Source: an uncultured Planctomycetia bacterium (lineage in GTDB: Bacteria; Omnitrophota; Gorgyraeia; 2-01-FULL-45-10). From it: DNA of 64,000 nt. The DNA is taken from contig CAYGRZ010000003.1 in the NCBI GenBank assembly GCA_964352425.1, forward strand, positions 21,077-85,076. Reading direction: 5' to 3'. A program made the position numbers and the translations under genes. Position 1 is the stretch's first letter. Every line of letters begins with the position of its first letter. The notes beneath the pieces are model-generated. The model was not told the DNA's origin. It saw only the letters and a list, made by a program, of their open reading frames with translations, and ran no database searches. Shown piece by piece: positions 29,319 through 38,878 of this stretch.

Positions 29319-30457
29319 TGCGCTTTTCCTCCGGCTCCCGCAAGCAGCCGATACGTGTTCTCAAGCCTTGAGAAGTTCTTTGAGAAATCCGCATCCGATT
29401 CTATCTTTTTAATATTGTTCCCGGACATCCGCACGCGGAGATCGTCGTCTTTCAGCAATCTGTTGATGCCTTTCGATATGGAAACGGGATCGGACTTCTT
29501 CACCACGATGCCGTTCACGCCGTCTTTTACCCATTCCATATTCCCCGGTATATCGGTTACCACTGCCGGAAGGCCGCACGCCATCGCCTCGAGCAGTGAT
29601 GAGCTTGAGCCATCCATCAAAGACGTCGAAACATATATATCGGACGCGTTAATGTATTTGACGACTTCACGCTGCGGCACATAGCCTGTCCAATGGATAA
29701 AACCATCCAAAGCAAGATCGGACGCGAGGTCCTTCAAGTCGTTCTCAATAGGCCCATATCCCAGCATCAGCACCCGCGCCTCCGGGTTCGCTTCTTTCAC
29801 TGCCGGAAGCGCTTTTATAAAATCTTCTATTCCGTATGCCGGCCTGAATATTCGCATCATCAGCAATACTTTTCTACCCGTAAACCCCAATTTTTCTTTG
29901 AGCGCCGGATCATTATTGCTCTTACGAAAGACCTGAAGGTCGACATCCCACGGCATGACCACGACCTTTCCCTCGGGGTACTTAAAATCATCGGCCAGTA
30001 TCCGCTTTTCATACTCGCAGTCACACGTGATCATATCAGCGCGCGATATCGCATATCCGGCAATAATCCTGTTCCTCACGGAGCTCTTCGCGTAATACAT
30101 AATATCCGACCCCCATGGCATAAGAAGATAGGGGTGAAACCCCGAGAGCGCCGCCACGAGGCCCGAAGTCAATATCCATCCCGCATGGAGCACATCGGGC
30201 TTTTCGGCCCTGATGATCCGCTTGATCTCCATAATTCGCCTGAAAATGTTTACCGCGGTATTATCGGCAAGTCCGGGGCTGTGAACAATCTTCAGTCCTT
30301 TGATATTTCTTACGTCATAATGCCTTGATTCCATCCCCGCCGCGTCAAGATCTTTCCTGTGCGTGAGCAGTGTGACATTATACCCTCGTGCGATGTCCAT
30401 GCTCAGGAATCTGTAGTCATGAGGCCCGAGCATCTCCGAAAGATAAAGGATCTTCAT
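29315..30457 (-). CDS. Glycosyltransferase family 4 (GT-B)
   Basis: 380 aa with the GT4 C-terminal signature EAMACGLPAVVTDIPG. ATGA overlap with the upstream gene. Confidence 0.75.
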   Translation of the reverse strand: MKILYLSEMLGPHDYRFLSMDIARGYNVTLLTHRKDLDAAGMESRHYDVRNIKGLKIVHSPGLADNTAVNIFRRIMEIKRIIRAEKPDVLHAGWILTSGLVAALSGFHPYLLMPWGSDIMYYAKSSVRNRIIAGYAISRADMITCDCEYEKRILADDFKYPEGKVVVMPWDVDLQVFRKSNNDPALKEKLGFTGRKVLLMMRIFRPAYGIEDFIKALPAVKEANPEARVLMLGYGPIENDLKDLASDLALDGFIHWTGYVPQREVVKYINASDIYVSTSLMDGSSSSLLEAMACGLPAVVTDIPGNMEWVKDGVNGIVVKKSDPVSISKGINRLLKDDDLRVRMSGNNIKKIESDADFSKNFSRLENTYRLLAGAGGKAQ

Positions 30458-31864
30458 CTATGTGAAAACACTCCTGATGCGCGCGATCTCGGCTTTTGTA
30501 ATAACGCCTGCCATAAGCAGGGCACCGGCATAGATCGCCGCGCCAATGACAATCAGAGCCAATGGATTCAACCATCCGCAGAGAGGCAACAGGATCAACC
30601 CCATCAGAAAGGCAGCGGCACATGGTTTCACCGCCAGCTTAATAAGAGGCAGCCGCACAATATCCCTCGCGAAAAAGATCGACAGCGCGAGTATCACGAC
30701 CTCCGCAAGCACCAGCGCGATCGACGGCGCAAGATAACCGATAAACGGTATGGCGATAACGTTAAAAACGACATTCAGTAAAGTGGCATACATGAGAATA
30801 CGCAGATATACAGATTGCCTGTCGAAGGCCACAAGCGCATAGCTGAGAATATAATCCACGAGATTCAGCATTACGGCCCATGCCATTATCTGGAGCGGCG
30901 CGCCTGCCTTACTATACGAGACACCATACACAAGAGTAATGAGCCTGGGCCCGAGCAAAAGCCCGCCGACCGCTATGGGCAGCCCTATAAGCACCGCGGC
31001 CTTGATGCAATAGTTTATGAACTCCTGTAATTGTTCACGAGATTCATGATAAAGCCTGGATATGACCGGAAACGTAACCGCCACCAGCGTATCGCTTAAC
31101 GCATAGCAAAATAATATCAACTTAAAAGCGGCGCCGTAAATGCCGACGACCTGTTCATTCTTGGCAAAGCCGAGCGCCACGGTACCGAAATTGAGATACG
31201 CGATAAAAAGGCCCGATGACACAAAAAGCTGCAGCGATGTCGGCAAAAGCGAGAACCATCTTTTAATATCAAAATGCAGTTTCACCTGTCCGAATTTTCT
31301 TGAAAAATTGACATAATAGAATATGCTGCTGATAAAATCCGCCAGGATCGTTATCGCCGCGACTTTCAATATGTCCTCGGGCTTCCTTACGAACATAATA
31401 ATGAGCCCCGCGTATAACACAGCGTTTATTATCTTCCCGTACGCATTATACTTCATACGCTCGATACCCCTGAAGACCCATTCAACGGACAGCGCATACG
31501 GGAAAAGGGTAAATCCGAATGCGATGAGCAGATATCTGGTATGCGGCATCTTGCGCAATGTGCATGCAATGACCAGGAGGGCTAAAAAGGAGATCGCGGA
31601 AGCGGTAAGCCTTATGGAAACGATCGTCTCAACAATATCCTTAACATCTTTTTTTCGCGCTATCTCCCTCACGCCCAACTCTCCTAACCCCAGGTTTGTC
31701 GCCAATAAGAAATACGACAATAGGGCAAGAGAAAAGCTGATGGAGCCGAAGCCGGAGACCCCCAGCATCCTGGCGAGATAAATGACAGCGATAAAATGGC
31801 ATACGCGCGCTACGATCTCGCCTGTAAACAGGGCTGCAAAATTAGTGACTATTCTCTTTATCAT
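30458..31864 (-). CDS. Wzx-type flippase / polysaccharide biosynthesis protein (MOP superfamily)
   Basis: Multi-TM, Wzx-like N-terminus (MIKRIVTNFAALFTGEIVARV). I chose the start at ATG 31862..31864. The track ORF extends to 31957 into the neighbouring gene. Confidence 0.65.
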   Translation of the reverse strand: MIKRIVTNFAALFTGEIVARVCHFIAVIYLARMLGVSGFGSISFSLALLSYFLLATNLGLGELGVREIARKKDVKDIVETIVSIRLTASAISFLALLVIACTLRKMPHTRYLLIAFGFTLFPYALSVEWVFRGIERMKYNAYGKIINAVLYAGLIIMFVRKPEDILKVAAITILADFISSIFYYVNFSRKFGQVKLHFDIKRWFSLLPTSLQLFVSSGLFIAYLNFGTVALGFAKNEQVVGIYGAAFKLILFCYALSDTLVAVTFPVISRLYHESREQLQEFINYCIKAAVLIGLPIAVGGLLLGPRLITLVYGVSYSKAGAPLQIMAWAVMLNLVDYILSYALVAFDRQSVYLRILMYATLLNVVFNVIAIPFIGYLAPSIALVLAEVVILALSIFFARDIVRLPLIKLAVKPCAAAFLMGLILLPLCGWLNPLALIVIGAAIYAGALLMAGVITKAEIARIRSVFT

Positions 31865-31871
31865 AGTACTC

Positions 31872-33002
31872 TTACCTGGACAGGAACTCCCTGATCTTGC
31901 CGACGACATAGTCTTTCTGCTGCACGGCCAATTCCGCATAGACCGGCAATGAGACAACTTCCTTCATGGCCTTTTCAGACTCAGGGAAGTCGCCTTCTTT
32001 ATACCCAAGACTCTTAAAGCACTCCTGAAGGTGAAGCGGTATGGGATAATATGTACGGGCCTCCACACCATTATCGTTCAAAAATTTCATCAAACCGTCC
32101 CTCACGCCGGGAACTCTGATCGTATACTGATGATAGACATGCGTACAGTATTCCGGGACAAACGGAGTGACAAGCGGCAGGCCCTTAAGTTGCTCATTGT
32201 AATACGCGGCATTCTCCTGCCTCTTTTTCGTCCATCCGTCAAGATATTTCAATTTGACCAGCAAAATAGCCGCCTGCAGATTGTCAAGACGGCTGTTGAT
32301 GCCGACCATCTCGTGGACGTACTTTGATTTTGAACCGTGGACCCTCAGCTTCTTAATCACCTCGGCGAGTTTTTCGTCATTCGTCACGACCGCTCCCGCA
32401 TCGCCGAACGCGCCGAGGTTCTTCCCGGGGAAAAAACTTATGCCGCCGGCGCCTCCCATCGAACCCGCGACCTTGCCTTTGTATGTCGCGCCGATCGCCT
32501 GCGCATTGTCCTCTACCACCTTAAGGCCGTTCTTGCGCGCAACGGCGTTTACGCTGTCCATGTCCGCGCACAGTCCATAGAGATGCACCGGCATGATTGC
32601 CTTCGTCTTCTTCGTGATGTGCTTCCCTATTTTCTGGGGATCGATGTTATAGGTTTTAGGGTCGATGTCGCACAATACGGGGCGCGCGCCTGCGTTATGA
32701 ATAGCTCCGCCGGTCGCTATGAACGTGAACGGGGTGGTTATGACCTCGTCACCCTGGCCTATCCCCATCGCCTTCAGGGCCAGGTAAAGGGCATCCGTCC
32801 CGGACGCTACGCCGACAGCGAAGGCCGTCCCGCAATACCGCGCAATTTCCCGCTCCAGGTCTATGACTTCCTGCCCCAGGATAAAGCTCTGGGCATCGAG
32901 GATGCGCTGGATGGCATCGCCTATCTCGGCGCGCATCGGCTTGTACTGCGCCTTAAGGTCCAGAAGAGGTATTTTCATCTTTGCGGTATTTTTTGTGATC
33001 AT
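31872..33002 (-). CDS. DegT/DnrJ/EryC1/StrS family sugar aminotransferase (WbpE/PglE-like)
   Basis: 376 aa with the canonical DegT N-terminus KIPLLDLKAQYKPMRAEIGDAI. The PLP-Lys region is conserved. Confidence 0.8.
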   Translation of the reverse strand: MITKNTAKMKIPLLDLKAQYKPMRAEIGDAIQRILDAQSFILGQEVIDLEREIARYCGTAFAVGVASGTDALYLALKAMGIGQGDEVITTPFTFIATGGAIHNAGARPVLCDIDPKTYNIDPQKIGKHITKKTKAIMPVHLYGLCADMDSVNAVARKNGLKVVEDNAQAIGATYKGKVAGSMGGAGGISFFPGKNLGAFGDAGAVVTNDEKLAEVIKKLRVHGSKSKYVHEMVGINSRLDNLQAAILLVKLKYLDGWTKKRQENAAYYNEQLKGLPLVTPFVPEYCTHVYHQYTIRVPGVRDGLMKFLNDNGVEARTYYPIPLHLQECFKSLGYKEGDFPESEKAMKEVVSLPVYAELAVQQKDYVVGKIREFLSR

Positions 33003-33592
33003 TTTTTCCTTTCCACGGTTTCATTCTTTTTAATGTAGCTCTTTTCGCACGACCCGCAGGTCGCCCTCTCATGCTTGAACGACAGCTTCTCGCCGCATTC
33101 GCACATCCAGCCCCGCGGCTTTGCCGGATTGCCGTAGACAAGCGCGTGGTCGGCAACGTCACGCGTCACGACCGATCCCGCGCCAACGAACGAATGGCGT
33201 CCCAGAGTCACGCCGCACACTATCGTGGCGTTCGCTCCAATGCTCGAGCCCGTGCGCAAGACCGTCTTCCTGAAAAAATCAGGTGTGTTTCTGGGGTGCG
33301 CAGATCGGGGATTGAATATATTAGTAAAAACACACGAGGGTCCGCAGAAAACATCGTCTTCGAGGACCGCGCCTTCGTAAAGCGAGACGTTATTCTGTAT
33401 CTTGACATTATCACCGATAATGACATTTGGGGCTATATACACATTCTGGCCAAGCTTGCAGCCTTTCCCGATCCTGGCCCCGGCCGCGATATGGCTGAAA
33501 TGCCAGATCTTGGTGCCCTCGCCAATTTCGGCGCCCTCATCCACAACCGCTGTTTCGTGCACAAAATATTTCTTTTCCATATAGCCAACCAT
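32999..33592 (-). CDS. Hexapeptide-repeat (left-handed beta-helix) sugar N-acetyltransferase (WbpD/PglD-like) with C-terminal zinc ribbon
   Basis: 197 aa. Imperfect [LIV]-G-x-x-x-x hexapeptide repeats run through the middle of the protein. The C-terminus carries a zinc ribbon, CECGEKLSFKHERATCGSCEKS. 4-nt overlap with the DegT gene. Confidence 0.7.
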   Translation of the reverse strand: MVGYMEKKYFVHETAVVDEGAEIGEGTKIWHFSHIAAGARIGKGCKLGQNVYIAPNVIIGDNVKIQNNVSLYEGAVLEDDVFCGPSCVFTNIFNPRSAHPRNTPDFFRKTVLRTGSSIGANATIVCGVTLGRHSFVGAGSVVTRDVADHALVYGNPAKPRGWMCECGEKLSFKHERATCGSCEKSYIKKNETVERKK

Positions 33593-33623
33593 CCTTATTA
33601 TTTGCCTTCCTGCAAGAAAAGCC

Positions 33624-34649
33624 CTACACTCCTCTGTACCCCATGTCCCCTTCAGCGAATGTCAGATGCCAATCCGTATCCGACGCGCTTCGGAAAGCAT
33701 TATTCGTATCGGCAAGGAAGAAAGGCCTCCCCTTTCTATTTGTGGAAACATACCCCACACTTCCAAGGGCAGCCACATGATCCGGATGTGAGGCCAAAGT
33801 TGAAATAACAGCACACCCTTTTTTCCTAAAAAAATCCTCAACTTTATTCAACACGGACGCCCATACATCTGCATTGTCGCCAAGATATGAAATATGCACG
33901 ATCCTGCCGGTAAAAACATTGTTTTTCCGATCGATATAACATATAACAATACCGATCGGATCGTCACGACATTTTATCGTGAACGCATGCGCTTCAATGA
34001 TCGACGGGCAATCCAGCAGCCAATTAACGCAACCCCTATTTTCTGTGTTATGAACGATCGATCCATGCCTGCGGCCCTGCACACCAATCTCCCTGTCGTA
34101 GGCATCAAGCTTGATGTCCCCGGCACAGATTGCGGGACGCCTGTTTTTCAAAGCTCCTGCCGCCAGGAATATGGTTTTGAGCATCTTTTTTGAAAAAGAA
34201 TCGCTCATCGTCCGCATGTACCTTCGTGGATCCAGAAGCTTACAATATTCTTTGATGTGAAACCTAAAATTAAGGTTAAAACGCGGGTAGAGCGTACGCG
34301 TCCGGGGCTCACCGCCGATAATAAAGCTAAAATCACCGTAACCAAGCGCTTTTTTCATGAGCTGCACCCCGACCCCCTTACCTCGGTAATCGGGATCGAC
34401 TATCCAGAAAATCGGATGCACCCCCATAAATGTCGAACGACCATAGCCATACTCAGATGCTGCAAAACCGACATGGCCGATTATCTTGTCTTCGGCTATT
34501 GCCACGAATGATCTGCTTGTGCGATCACGCAAAGGATACAAAAGAGCCCATCGCAATTCATCGCCGCTTATCTTGCCTGAATAGAGCATCCTGACAGGCT
34601 CTATGTCATTTTCGGTCGTATCTCGCAGGATAACCGCGCTCACCGGCAT
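33624..34649 (-). CDS. GNAT-like acetyltransferase domain protein (hypothetical)
   Basis: 341 aa with a GNAT-like acetyl-CoA site R/Q-x-x-G-x-G/A (YRGKGVGVQLMKKAL). Family assignment is uncertain. Confidence 0.35.
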   Translation of the reverse strand: MPVSAVILRDTTENDIEPVRMLYSGKISGDELRWALLYPLRDRTSRSFVAIAEDKIIGHVGFAASEYGYGRSTFMGVHPIFWIVDPDYRGKGVGVQLMKKALGYGDFSFIIGGEPRTRTLYPRFNLNFRFHIKEYCKLLDPRRYMRTMSDSFSKKMLKTIFLAAGALKNRRPAICAGDIKLDAYDREIGVQGRRHGSIVHNTENRGCVNWLLDCPSIIEAHAFTIKCRDDPIGIVICYIDRKNNVFTGRIVHISYLGDNADVWASVLNKVEDFFRKKGCAVISTLASHPDHVAALGSVGYVSTNRKGRPFFLADTNNAFRSASDTDWHLTFAEGDMGYRGV

Positions 34650-35665
34650 AGCGCCATCTGATTATTGAAAAAAGGCGCGGCTCCGGATAAGGTCACGCCC
34701 TTTACGCCGTACTCTTTCGCTGTCTTGAGCACATAGAGTATTTTCTCTTTAATATTTTTTAAACGCTCCTCGCTATCGGAATAGGGCGAGCCACCCAGCA
34801 ACAGCTCGTTTGAATGGAGCATGAAATTGATTAAAGGAATATCCGATTGAAAAAGGTCGCGAGTAATTTTTTGAAAAACTTTTAACGGTAAATTCCAGTA
34901 CGAAGGCCTGAAGGACATGTCCTCTGTCTTATCATATCCTAACCTGTTACACACATACCGCAACCTGCCTATACCTTTAATTCTCAAGCGGCTCAGAAAA
35001 TCTCCCTTGATCCCCGTCACAGGTATCTCAAGGATATTCATAGCATTCTTTGTCTTTGACGCATCTTTTGTGATGTCATCGGAATCAGGAAAATAGGGAT
35101 AGTTCGGGGCAAAATACGTATCTGTTGTAACATGCCCCCGGACTCCTTTTGTGCCAGTATACGAATTATACGGACAGACAGAGCTATCGACCAGATAGCC
35201 GTTTTTTTCAAGCCATACCAGTGTTCTTTTATCTATACTCCATCTTCCTGCCCTATGCGAGGTAGGTCTGACCCCAAAAATATGTTCGATAGCCTCGTGA
35301 AGCGACTGCATTTTTGCTTCGAATACATTATCCCGCAATTCAGACTGGATCCCGTCGATCCACTGCTCGTCCACACCATAAGGATTGCGATTTTCAAAGG
35401 GAGGGGTGCTCCAAATATGCAAATGGTGCCCAATTTCACATGCGCCGTGCTTCAAAAAATCCCTCAGAATTGTTGCCGAGCAATCGTTGATCGCGACTTC
35501 GTAGGTGACGAGATAGGTCGGGGGCATATCATATTTCGAGCAGGCCTCCTGAAGAAAATGAAGCTCGCCGATAGAAGTGACTTTGTTAAACCGGCTGTCA
35601 AACCAATCCGATTCGGTATCAACAGTTATAACAAAAAGTTTCTCCGCCATGGCATAACGCTCCAA
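34640..35665 (-). CDS. Hypothetical protein, possibly polysaccharide-deacetylase-like (WalW-like)
   Basis: 341 aa. The N-terminal FVITVDTESDW resembles divergent CE4 / WalW-like proteins found in LPS loci. Weak. Confidence 0.3.
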   Translation of the reverse strand: MERYAMAEKLFVITVDTESDWFDSRFNKVTSIGELHFLQEACSKYDMPPTYLVTYEVAINDCSATILRDFLKHGACEIGHHLHIWSTPPFENRNPYGVDEQWIDGIQSELRDNVFEAKMQSLHEAIEHIFGVRPTSHRAGRWSIDKRTLVWLEKNGYLVDSSVCPYNSYTGTKGVRGHVTTDTYFAPNYPYFPDSDDITKDASKTKNAMNILEIPVTGIKGDFLSRLRIKGIGRLRYVCNRLGYDKTEDMSFRPSYWNLPLKVFQKITRDLFQSDIPLINFMLHSNELLLGGSPYSDSEERLKNIKEKILYVLKTAKEYGVKGVTLSGAAPFFNNQMALCR

Positions 35666-35675
35666 TAAACGGATC

Positions 35676-36689
35676 CTACGGCAGCAAAGAAATTCTTGCG
35701 CCGTCGTTGTCCAGGGACTTCTGTGCCCCTTCGAGGACCTTCAGCACCTCTATGCCGTTATCGACATCAGCGAGCGGCTGCCGGTTATGCCTGACGCAAT
35801 TCAGGAACTCCCGGCATTCTATCTTCAGCGGCTCTTCCATCTTAATGGTAGGCGCGAGCACATCGCCGGACCTGAGCGTGAGGAAGGTTTCGTATGAGTT
35901 CCTGTCTACGGTCTTGTCGACGCCCTTGTCGTATATCTTGAGTTTTTCGTCGCTCGACATATCGTCGAAGACGGCCATGCGTTTTGTGCCGACCACGGTA
36001 AGCTGCCGTATCTTATGCGGATCCAACCAGCTGGCGTGGACGTGAGCCATGCAGTCATTCTTGAAATTGAGGCTTAAGAACACGACATCGTGGACGTTCT
36101 TTCGCAGATACGCCTCGCCGCTAGCCGAAACGCTGACAGGATGTTTTCCCAGCAGATACATGATGACGGAGATATCGTGAGACGTGAGGCTCCAGAGCGC
36201 GTTCTCTTCTTTCCTGACCTGGCCGAGGTTGACCCTGGTCGTGTAGATATAGCAGATATCCCCCAGGAATCCGTCGTCGATATACTTTCTTAACGCCACC
36301 ACGGCGGGATGGTACAGCAGGATATGGCCTACCATGCAGATCTTCTTATGCCTGGCCGCGGCCTTCTTTATCTCCAGGCCCTCTTTGACGCTCATGGCAA
36401 GCGGCTTCTCTATAAAAACGTGCTTCCCGCTCTCGATCGCTCTTATGGCAAGCTCTGCGTGAGTATCCGGAAGCGTTGCTATAACGACGGCGCCTATCTC
36501 AGCGTCCTTAAAAATATCCTCCGGATCGGTGGTCTGAGCGATCTCGCCCTTATAGTCGCGCTCAACGCCGTCCAACAGGGCCTTGTTCTTGTCGCAGCAT
36601 ATCTTGACCTTGCAATCACCAAGGTTTGCATAGTTCCTCAGGTGGTTTTTGCCCCATACGCCTATACCTATTTGAGATAATATTATCAT
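35676..36689 (-). CDS. Gfo/Idh/MocA family NAD(P)-dependent oxidoreductase (WbpB-like UDP-sugar 3-dehydrogenase candidate)
   Basis: 337 aa. MIILSQIGIGVWGKNHLRNYANL Rossmann N-terminus and the GKHVFIEKPLA motif. Confidence 0.8.
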   Translation of the reverse strand: MIILSQIGIGVWGKNHLRNYANLGDCKVKICCDKNKALLDGVERDYKGEIAQTTDPEDIFKDAEIGAVVIATLPDTHAELAIRAIESGKHVFIEKPLAMSVKEGLEIKKAAARHKKICMVGHILLYHPAVVALRKYIDDGFLGDICYIYTTRVNLGQVRKEENALWSLTSHDISVIMYLLGKHPVSVSASGEAYLRKNVHDVVFLSLNFKNDCMAHVHASWLDPHKIRQLTVVGTKRMAVFDDMSSDEKLKIYDKGVDKTVDRNSYETFLTLRSGDVLAPTIKMEEPLKIECREFLNCVRHNRQPLADVDNGIEVLKVLEGAQKSLDNDGARISLLP

Positions 36690-36908
36690 GATAGTTATAA
36701 TATAATATTATATAATGCCGGAAAAGTCAACCAAATGAGAGGGCCTTGTCAAGCCAAAATAGAGGGCCTGTTGCGCCGAATAAGTGTTATATGGCATCCG
36801 GTATGGTGTAAAGTATAAGCGCGAGGTTAGATGTCAGGTTATTTGCGAAGTAGACTGAGCTCGGAGAGCGCGATGGCCGGATAGATGAATGTGACTTTCA
36901 CGTCTTTC

Positions 36909-37850
36909 TTATCCGCTGATGGATCTGAAATAGGCTACGGTCCGCTCGAGCCCGGTCGCGAGATCCACCTTCGGCGCCCAGCGCAGAAGCTTCTTCGCCT
37001 TTGTGATGTCCGGACACCGGACCTTGGGATCGTCGACAGGCAGGCCCTCGAACACGATTTTGCTCTTGCTACGGGAAATCTTGATGATCGCATGAGCCAG
37101 CTCAAGCAGCGTCATCTCGTTCGGGTTGCCGATATTCACGGGATAATGCGCGCTTGAGAGGAACAGCTTGTAGATACCGCTGACGAGGTCCGATACGTAA
37201 CAGAAGCTGCGCGTCTGCCGGCCGCTGCCGTAGACAGTAATGGGTCTATTCTTGAGCGCTTGGCCGATAAAGTTCGGTATCGCCCTGCCATCCTCTTCCC
37301 GCATCCTTTCGCCGTATGTATTGAATATGCGCACGATCCTGGTGTCGACGCCGTGGTACCGGTGGTACGCCATCGTCATCGCCTCGGCGAAACGCTTCGC
37401 CTCGTCGTAGACGCCGCGGGGGCCGATGGGATTGACGTTCCCCCAGTATTCCTCGTACTGCGGATTGACCAGCGGATCGCCGTAGACTTCGCTCGTCGAT
37501 GCCAGGAGGAATCGCGCTCTCTTCTCTTTCGCCACGCCCAGGGCGTTATGCGTGCCGAGCGAGCCGACCTTGAGGGTCTGGATGGGAAGCTTGAGATAAT
37601 CGATCGGGCTTGCAGGCGAGGCAAAATGCAGGACATAGTCGACCCGCCCCTTCACGTCGATATACGTCGTGACATTATGCTTGGCGAACTCGAAATCGCG
37701 GTTCTTCAGGTTGTGCCGGATATTCTCCATCTTTCCCGTCAGGAGATTGTCCATACAGATGACGCGATGGCCCTTCGCGAGGAAGAGGTCGCACAGATGG
37801 CTTCCTATGAATCCCGCGCCGCCCGTTATCAATACTGTTTTTTTCGCCAC
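36909..37850 (-). CDS. UDP-glucuronate decarboxylase (UDP-xylose synthase, UXS/ArnA-decarboxylase-like SDR)
   Basis: 313 aa with a GTG start. [18 protein letters not shown]...YDEAKRFAE is a near-canonical UXS signature. Confidence 0.75.
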   Translation of the reverse strand: MAKKTVLITGGAGFIGSHLCDLFLAKGHRVICMDNLLTGKMENIRHNLKNRDFEFAKHNVTTYIDVKGRVDYVLHFASPASPIDYLKLPIQTLKVGSLGTHNALGVAKEKRARFLLASTSEVYGDPLVNPQYEEYWGNVNPIGPRGVYDEAKRFAEAMTMAYHRYHGVDTRIVRIFNTYGERMREEDGRAIPNFIGQALKNRPITVYGSGRQTRSFCYVSDLVSGIYKLFLSSAHYPVNIGNPNEMTLLELAHAIIKISRSKSKIVFEGLPVDDPKVRCPDITKAKKLLRWAPKVDLATGLERTVAYFRSISG

Positions 37851-37943
37851 CCCACACCTTCTTATCTTTTAACAATACAAACTATTTTCTTTGCAGCATA
37901 CGCACCCAAACCATTCCCTGTGAAAACAAAAGAAGGTGTGGGG
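37850..37943 (-). repeat. Perfect 14-bp inverted repeat (ccccacaccttctt / aagaaggtgtgggg) bracketing the whole intergenic spacer
   Basis: Arms at 37850..37863 and 37930..37943. One arm abuts the epimerase stop codon and the other contains the SD (AAGAAGG) and the first base of the GTG start of the UXS gene. Confidence 0.7.
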
Positions 37944-38876
37944 TTATTTGTTCCTGAACCACTCGACCGTGCGCGCGAGCCCTTCCTCAAATCCTATTAT
38001 TTTTTTCATCCGCAGCATGCGCTTCATCCTGCTGATATCGGCATACGTCTTGCGCACGTCACCCCGCCTTTTCGGCGCATATTTCGGCTTGATATCCGTC
38101 CCGAGTATTTTGTTAAGCTCATTGACGATGTCAATGACCGATACGGTCGTGCCGCAGGCGACATTGAATACCTCGCCCGATATCCCGGGCACGACACATG
38201 AATTCAGGTTCGCCGCAACGACATTTCCCACGAACGTGAAGTCCCTGGACTGCTTGCCGTCCCATTCGACGATCGGAGACTTGCCCTTCATTATCTCGAA
38301 GAGGAATGCCGGTATGACCGCGGAGTACTTCGACTCCGGATTCTGCCGGGGGCCGAAGACGTTGAAGTAGCGCAGCGAGACCGTCTCGAGACCGAATGTC
38401 CTGGCGAATGTAATGCAGTAATTCTCGGCGGCCAGTTTCGAAACACCGTACGGTGAGATCGGCTTCGGCAGGTCGGTCTCTTTCTGGGGAAAGCTCCTGG
38501 CGTCACCATAGGCAGAACTTGACGAGGCATACACGACCCGTTTTACACCCGCCGCCTTGGCTTCGAATAGGACATTTAACGTACCGTTCACATTAATATC
38601 ATTGGTCGTGAATGGATCATCGACAGATTTCGGGACTGAGCGGAGCGCCGCCTGGTGGATGACGTAGTCGACGCCTCTCAGGGCCTTCCTAAGCGTACTC
38701 CTGTTCCTTATATCCCCCTTAATGAACGTGATCTTTCCCGAAAAAGGCTTCAGGTTCTCCATCTTTCCGGTGATAAGGCTGTCGATAACCCTGACTCTCT
38801 TCTTCCGCCTTACGAGCTCCTCGACGATATTCGAACCTATGAATCCGGCTCCGCCGGTAACGAGATAGTGTGCCAT
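37944..38876 (-). CDS. NAD-dependent sugar epimerase (UDP-GlcNAc/UDP-glucose 4-epimerase-like, WbpP/CapD-like)
   Basis: 310 aa. [21 protein letters not shown] and YGVSKLAAE (YxxxK). Confidence 0.75.
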   Translation of the reverse strand: MAHYLVTGGAGFIGSNIVEELVRRKKRVRVIDSLITGKMENLKPFSGKITFIKGDIRNRSTLRKALRGVDYVIHQAALRSVPKSVDDPFTTNDINVNGTLNVLFEAKAAGVKRVVYASSSSAYGDARSFPQKETDLPKPISPYGVSKLAAENYCITFARTFGLETVSLRYFNVFGPRQNPESKYSAVIPAFLFEIMKGKSPIVEWDGKQSRDFTFVGNVVAANLNSCVVPGISGEVFNVACGTTVSVIDIVNELNKILGTDIKPKYAPKRRGDVRKTYADISRMKRMLRMKKIIGFEEGLARTVEWFRNK

Positions 38877-38878
38877 AG

